Shown here: positions 49,991-56,081 of the stretch, piece by piece
How the letters are laid out: every line of letters begins with the position of its first letter
Position numbering within the stretch: the first letter of the stretch is position 1
Origin: Pseudogymnoascus verrucosus
Taxonomy: Eukaryota
Length of the DNA: 56,081 bases
Strand: one strand, 5' to 3'
Assembly (NCBI GenBank): GCA_001662655.1
Contig: KV460244.1
Made by a program: the position numbers and the translations under genes
Notes under the pieces: generated by a model
Database searches by the model: none
Told to the model about the DNA's origin: nothing
What the model saw: only the letters and a program-made list of their open reading frames with translations

Positions 49991-50559
49991 CGACGAGCAT
50001 TATACTCTCTCGATATTCCCAACCCGATTGATATCCGTTGTCGTCCCGACGGCTCGCTGGCCCACCTATCTCGGCGTCGGTAGCTCTCCTCAAGTCCTCA
50101 CCATCAACCGCGCCATGAAAGCAGCGAACATGCAGCTCCAGCGCTTCAATCTCGAGGACAGCTTGGTTATTTACGTACGAGAAGCAGATGGTAGATGGAT
50201 CCCATAAGAATGTTTATGTGAGTGCGTTGATCAAAGGTAGCGGGCGTTTCGACTGGAAGGGTCCGTTGATTGTTCATGGTCAGCCGGGGACGGCGTTGGA
50301 GCCTTTTATACACCGAGATATTGTCCCAACGGATCTCCGCCTCGCGGTTGATTACTTGAGGTCATACGATGGATTACAAGTTCATCCTTTCGAACCAACT
50401 TCTGCATAACACTCAACAAGCAATTTGACCATAACGGAGTCAGTATCAAAGTGTGGAGCGTGCTTGGAGCAAATAATGGATGATGAGATACATCTCGGCC
50501 ACAGCTCGGGAATGTGTTAGGAATGAGCACAAGAAGTTTGAAAAATTACCATTTTTATC

Positions 50560-51676
50560 TTAAATCGTAAGGCCAGAAAGACTCTCCAGACCTGTTTCAT
50601 CAACGAGTGCTCGTATACTTGCTATAACAACCTCTTCGGATGATTCATTTATGAAACCCCAAAATAAAATGCCTGGCTTGAGCAATAGCTCGATCAATGG
50701 CGAAAGAAGATCTTCTTGTGGCCCAGCTAGAACCTTCCCAAACTCGACCATCCTCTGACAGATATCTTCTAGCTCAATAGGCTGTTGGTATTCCTGTATC
50801 CATTTACGATACACTCCAAGGGTGCGAGCCCTCACAAAGCACCGCTTTGAAAGGATATTTGCAGGCGACAGATATAGTTTATCCCACGCAACCCACCTCA
50901 CCAATCCATCATCAGAAATTTTACCCACTGATACATACTCGTCGCAATTCCGCGCCCATTGTTGGAGACCTTGTTCAATGAGAGAGTCCTTACCTTCGCC
51001 TGCGAGAAACTTGAGAACATCCGAGACTCGGAAAATGATTGTGCCCGAATTCTGCTGCAGCTTCTTAACGTCGAATATAGCAAGGCCAACTTCATCCTGA
51101 CCTCTATGTATCCATTTCTGCCCTGCTGTGTGAATTGTCCATTCGAGTATTGGACTCATTGACACGAAATATGTCTCACTCTTTGCTTTCCTTGTCTTGC
51201 CCAGATGTTCGGCCAAATCCTCTACGAATTTATCGATGGAGTGAGTGCGCCTGAACCCGAGGTCGAAAGGCACATCCAGGTCCGGGACAAATGTAGGCTG
51301 GCTCGTAGCCGCGTGCTTGTGTGCACGGAAGAGAAAATTAGGATCGGAGGGAGTTGTCCTAATAGTATCGAGAACTGCAAATTCATGTCAGCTCAGCCTT
51401 GGAAAGGCATAGTGTAGTAGACGAACACTTAGCCCATGTGAGCACATTCCTTATTCCTTCCACTGCAGTGCGAAGATCCGTCTCCTGCCCTCGCGAACTG
51501 ATATCTGTCAGAACAGACTCACAAGCGCCAGTGAAGGTAGAGAGCGTCTCTATTGTGGTCTTCAAATCATTGAGGGTATTCGTGCGCGGCGCTTCCGAAA
51601 GTTGATCTTGGACTAGACGGTATAACTCATTTGATATTGATAGACGGTCGCGAAACACTGTTCGTGGTACTGCCAT
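50560..51676 (-). CDS. Hypothetical protein with a possible ADP-ribosyltransferase-like fold (DUF7587-like), one intron
   Basis: Exon 1 from 51676; the intron GTTCGT...GCTGAC..CAG (~51426-51377) restores frame (WAKFLDTIRTT). FLFRAH, HL..YFVSMSPILEW and DEYV give an R-SxS-E order. Confidence 0.55.
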
Positions 51677-52098
51677 GCTTTGATGCAGAGTTAGGATAGA
51701 TTCACGATATGATGCTGTTTTATGCTCAAGGCTGTGGCGGAGGCGGGGTCAGCAAGGAGATAGTGTGGGGGTGATTGCTACGCGTGACTTTCGATCATCA
51801 AATGTGTTGGACTCCGTGCTTGGTGCCCAGAGGCATTGTTGCGCCATGACTGCTGCCACAAGCGCCACACCACGGGGGTTGGCGAGCCTTCTTTCTAGTA
51901 AGCTCTACCTTACCACTTATGCGGGGCGGCCCTTCCGGAGAGAGGGCAGCGGCTGCGCGGCGCCCGTAATCCCTGCTAGCGTGGATTGCGGTCAAAGGGC
52001 AACGGTAAGAGGGCAGGGCAGCATCGTAAAACGGGCTCAATAACCATATAGCCATAGAATCAAATCATTAAAGGTCCTGTGGTAAAATTAGAGAGAGT

Positions 52099-54376
52099 GT
52101 GTTCTCATATAATCCGACTCATAGAGCTGTGGTGTGTCATACTTGTCACTCCTGTGTCATTCCTGGGCCTACGAGCCAGGAGCGACACCTCCGGGCTGAA
52201 CCACACCGACTCTTGGGAAGTGTGCTGAAGACCACTGTGCAGCAGCTGAGCAGTTACGATTTGAGAACAGTCGAAAAGTTTAAAGCGCATAAACCTCGGC
52301 CGGAGGACAAGTGCGAGAAAATCCAGCAACTCACCAGCTATGGTGGGTCTCGCTGTCTGCACCCACAGTGCGACTATGCCACCCGTCGCCCTCGAAAAAT
52401 GGGAGAGCATTGGGCTTCAGCTCATAATAGAAAGGCGACTGAAAATAGTGGTACTCCGTTATGGGAGAGTGTACACTGCAGACGTATTTACAAGTCCTGG
52501 GAGAATTGATTATTTTGTTGTGATTGATAATAAAAATGAGAAAAATTTAATCACATTGGAATTATCAGCACCATTGAAAAAAGAAGAGGAGGCTCTGTTC
52601 ATGAAGTTAGAGGAGGACTACCAAGACGTCAAGGGGGATATTGAAGAGCAAGCCAATTGTCCATGACTATGCGGACTCTAGGTCCGAGAGAGTCCCTTAG
52701 CTTGAGCGAGTGGAATTCCCATCGCACACGGCCAAGTTAAAGGAGGAAGAGATCTGGTGCTCGTACAAGCTGCTATCAAATCAAGAGGTTGATGGGGGTG
52801 CTAAGGGTGCTACAGATCCTCACCTAGTTCGCATTCTGGCTGCCGCTGAGGCTATGTTGAGAGATGCCTACAGGCCATGTAGTGACACTTCGCCAGACCG
52901 GAAGATGACGCAGCAGCGGGCCAATATTCTGAACGAATTCCATGCTGGGGCGTCAGGGAAAGCAGATGGTTCCGGCATTTCAAGAACCCGTCGACCCTAG
53001 TCACGTATTTACTACTATGAAGCAGCTCCTAGTGTACTACTACCGCGTGGTGCATTGCGAGGGCGGCCATTTCACATGGGCTAAGCCAGACCAAGTGCCG
53101 CCTAGGGATATCATCCGGCCGACGAAAACACAGACTCAAGCTATAGACGAGATAATGGCAGCCTTGGCTGTTGAGGATGAAGCAGAGGCTGAGCTGGCTC
53201 TCAAGCATGCAATTCGGCGACTATATCTAGCCATGATTTGCCACACGGTTAGCAGCGTGCCGTTCAAATCACCCGTCTTAAGTTTCTGCGCTATGTTGGG
53301 CAGGAAAGTCCGTGGGAAAGGCCGGGAATTGTGGGAGGAGCCGGGGAATTTTAACAGCCATCTGTCCGCTCTAACTTAGGTTGCCTAGCTTGTGATCTTC
53401 GACTATGCTTGCTTCCACAAGCAGGATGATGAAGATCAAATCCCTGTCTTCCTTGCCAGAATGTGCAAGAAGTTCTTCCAGCAGCTGGCCGAGACACCAT
53501 TTGGGCACATTTTGCAGTGGCGGCTCTATCTGTTTAAGGTTTAGAAGGCTGCAATTGCAAAGCACCAGGCTCGGTGGTCTCTGGACGGGCAGACCGTGGA
53601 ATACCGTGGGGTAGAGCTATAGATGACGCAGATATTACATCTGGTTCTGTCCGAGTATCAGAAAGCCCACTCCCTGCTTTGGGATGAGCTATTATTTGGG
53701 GGCAAGGGCCTGATTCCCATGGAATCGTGGAGGCTAAAGGATGACCTAGATATGGAGGAGTTTGGGGGGTCATGGCTCTCTCATCCCAGCAACTCCGAAT
53801 TCCTCGATGGCGCTAAGCTTGCTCTCTTCAGACGGATCCAGGGAAATCCCCAGTTGCGGGCTATGTTCTTGACCACGGCTGCAGACGGAAGTGTGGCCTT
53901 GTGTCCGAAGGCTATGAAGATCTACGAGGCACATGCTCAGGACTTCCTAGGGTCAGGGTTGATACTCTGCCACGTCCCACTAGGCCCGCCACTACGAGTA
54001 TCCGAGTTGCTGTCAGTAATGTGGCGTAATACTGCCCAGCAGCGCCATATGTTAATGTAGGAGAAGCTAGTTATGATATATGTCCAGTATCACAAAGGCC
54101 AGCAGCAGTCGGGTGTTTATAAGGACAATATTCGGTTCCTCCCAAAGGCAATTGGGGATTTGTTGCTCATGTACATCGCATATGTCATTCCCCTACGGCA
54201 GATGTTTCTACGGCAGCAGACTCCAGGTGCTCTCATTTCCCCGTATCTCTGGTCAAAATTGGACGGGACGGTATGGGCTGATGACACGCTCGCGGCTTGC
54301 TTAGCTAAGGCCTGTACTCGTGCGCAGGTTCCGTGGTTCAAGACGGCACAATGGCGGCAGTTTGCAGCATCGATAA
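52099..54376 (+). mobile_element. Family B copy B2: DUF3505-like / tyrosine-recombinase-like gene (pseudogene), truncated after WRQF
   Basis: VVCHTCHSC..RHLRAEPH, CLHPQCDYAT..H, FKSPVLSFCAML, GNFNSHLSAL, GPPLRVSELL (~53983-54012), YHKG (~54088), RFLPKAIG..YIAYVIPLRQ and WRQFAASI; several TGG>TAG and CAG>TAG stops. Confidence 0.85.
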
Positions 54377-54522
54377 TGTAGTGAAGCCTGATGCATCATC
54401 TGAATCATGAGATATCGCTTCAGATGATGCATCAGGCTTTGACTACCACGCTAAACCTAATCCAAATGCGCTTACCGCATTTGGACGCATTTTTGAGTCA
54501 AATCATCGTCCTCCTCATGTAG
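54376..54522. mobile_element. 147-bp non-autonomous mini-element bounded by ATGTAG direct repeats
   Basis: ATGTAG at 54376-54381 and 54517-54522; perfect 21-bp inverted repeat 54384-54404/54419-54439; 10-bp hairpin 54461-54470/54476-54485; right half homologous to the family A terminus. Confidence 0.65.
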
Positions 54523-54526
54523 AGGG

Positions 54527-55170
54527 GTAGAATAAAACCACCTATGAATTTTGTAATGCTTTTAGATTATGTCCTTTAATACTATAATTGTATTACAGTC
54601 GTTACACTAGAATCCTATTATTAGTTCCCCTAGCGCTTTAAATGGTGGTCCTCCTGATTTAGGCAATGGAATATTTTTTAGGTTGTATAATATAAATTCC
54701 CCATACTTTTTAAGCAGTGGTCTTTGTCTTTCTATACCTAAATTATACACCTTACATAGATAATAATTAAAACCTTAGATAGCTATATAATGCAGTTTAC
54801 ATAGTAAAACCCTATACTCTTCATTATATTTAAATGTGTCGTTATCTTAGACGTTAATGTTGTTGACCCTACTATCCCATTTAATAGTTGCTTATTAAGT
54901 AACCCTAAGTTAGCTAATAACCACAACTTTAACCCTAGACCCCCTCTAACTTACCTATATTTAGCTAGTTAGACATTTAGTAGCAAGATCTATGTTTAAT
55001 TAGCACTGTGCCTTAGCAGCAAAGCAAAATCTGTTGTTAATTTAAAGTTAAGACACTTCACGCATAGCTGATTTAACTCCTAATCTAACAGCTATGCTAA
55101 ACCTAATCAAACTACACTAACTGCATTCAGACGCCTATTTAAGTCAAATCGCCTTCCTCCTTATATATAG
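54527..55170 (-). mobile_element. Family A copy A3: heavily RIP-mutated duplicate of 2697-3340
   Basis: Collinear with 2697-3340, differing mostly by C>T and G>A; terminus ends ATATAG (55165-55170). Confidence 0.9.
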
Positions 55171-55369
55171 GTGGTTTAATTAAAGATCTAAAGCTATAGA
55201 AGGAAGAAGAAGGGAAGTGGGCAAAGCCTAGAGGTCTGGCTTATAGCTATAGGCCTAAAACAGGTGCTGTTATAGGTGGTGTTTCACTACACCCCCTTAC
55301 GTGTGGTCCGTTAGGACCTGTTATGGTCTGTGCAGAACTGTATTCACGTGGCATTAAGTGCATGCCCGT

Positions 55370-56081
55370 GACATAGCCTGCTTCTTAATGTCGCCCTTAA
55401 CATCTTAGTAGTCGTTTTCCAGCTTTATAAAAAGATCCTTCTCTTCTTCCTTTAATGGTGTTGCTGAATCTAAGGTAATTAATTTTTTGTCATTTTTATT
55501 ATCAACCACAACAAAATAATCAATTCTCCTAGGGCTTGTAAAATATGTCTGTAGCATACACTCTTCCTACAGCGGGTTATCTTCACTATGCCCTGTCGCT
55601 TTTTTATTATGAGCGGAAGCGCAATGCTCTCTCCTTTTCTAAGGGTGACAGGTGGCATAGTCACACCCTGGCTCTTGACAGCAGGACCCGCTATAGCTGG
55701 TGAGTTGCTAGACTAGCTCGCACTTGTCCTCTAGCTGAGGCTTATGCGCTCTAAGCTCTTTAATTGTTCTTAGGTTATAACTGCTAAGAAGCTAGATGGT
55801 GGTTTTTAGCGCATTTCCCAAGAGTTGGTGTGGTTCAGCTCGGAGGTGTCGCTCTTGACTCGTCAGCCTAGGGAGTATACAAGAATGACAAACATGACAC
55901 ACTACAACTTGGTGCGTTAGATTGTATGAGAACATGAAAGGGTTTATTAGCTAGGTAGCCTTCAATAAATTGATCTATATGGGAGTATATTTACTATTTT
56001 ACTAAGTTTGTCTAATTACACTCTTACCGTTGCACTCTTACCAGAAATGGCGCTAAGCAGGGGTATCACGAGCCAATCACG
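55370..56081 (-). mobile_element. Family B copy B3: 5' portion, RIP-mutated, running off the window edge
   Basis: Reverse complement aligns with 19057-19543 and 52100-52655, including the GTAAGAGTG repeats. Confidence 0.85.

Noticed and set aside
1..56081. Canonical Starship with a DUF3435 captain
   Set aside because: Cargo-like genes are present, but I recognise no DUF3435 captain or Starship boundaries in the window; an enclosing element outside the window cannot be excluded.

Overview
Filamentous-ascomycete (Pezizomycotina) accessory DNA: spliceosomal introns with CTAAC/CTGAC branch points and heavy RIP-type C>T/G>A mutation. The dominant feature is at least eight decayed copies, in three distinguishable families (called A, B and C here), of a gene resembling telomere-linked helicases. 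It has an N-terminal DUF3505/OrsD-like zinc finger, a region carrying a tyrosine-recombinase-like R-K-R-H-Y motif series, and (copy A1) the start of a RecQ helicase. Several copies keep a hairpin-rich terminus ending in ATGTAG about 170-200 bp upstream of the gene, and a 147-bp mini-element bounded by ATGTAG direct repeats lies at 54376-54522. Together these suggest a YR-mobilised DNA transposon class distinct from Starships and Cryptons (inference). Two complete TIR transposons are present: an intact Ginger-like integrase element (26082-28271, TGT...ACA, TATT TSD) inserted in an intron, and a RIP-inactivated Fot1/pogo element (42340-44179, TA TSD). There are also a solo pogo-like TIR and a LINE remnant. 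Between the elements lie accessory genes and fragments: an inactivated RNA-dependent RNA polymerase, a SMYD-type SET/MYND protein, a KP4-like toxin, RING, astacin-like protease, C2H2 zinc-finger, F-box-like, SET-like and ART-like proteins, plus fragments of Atg6, a dynamin GED, BTB, ankyrin and kinase genes. Domain calls come from motif recognition by eye; no searches were run.
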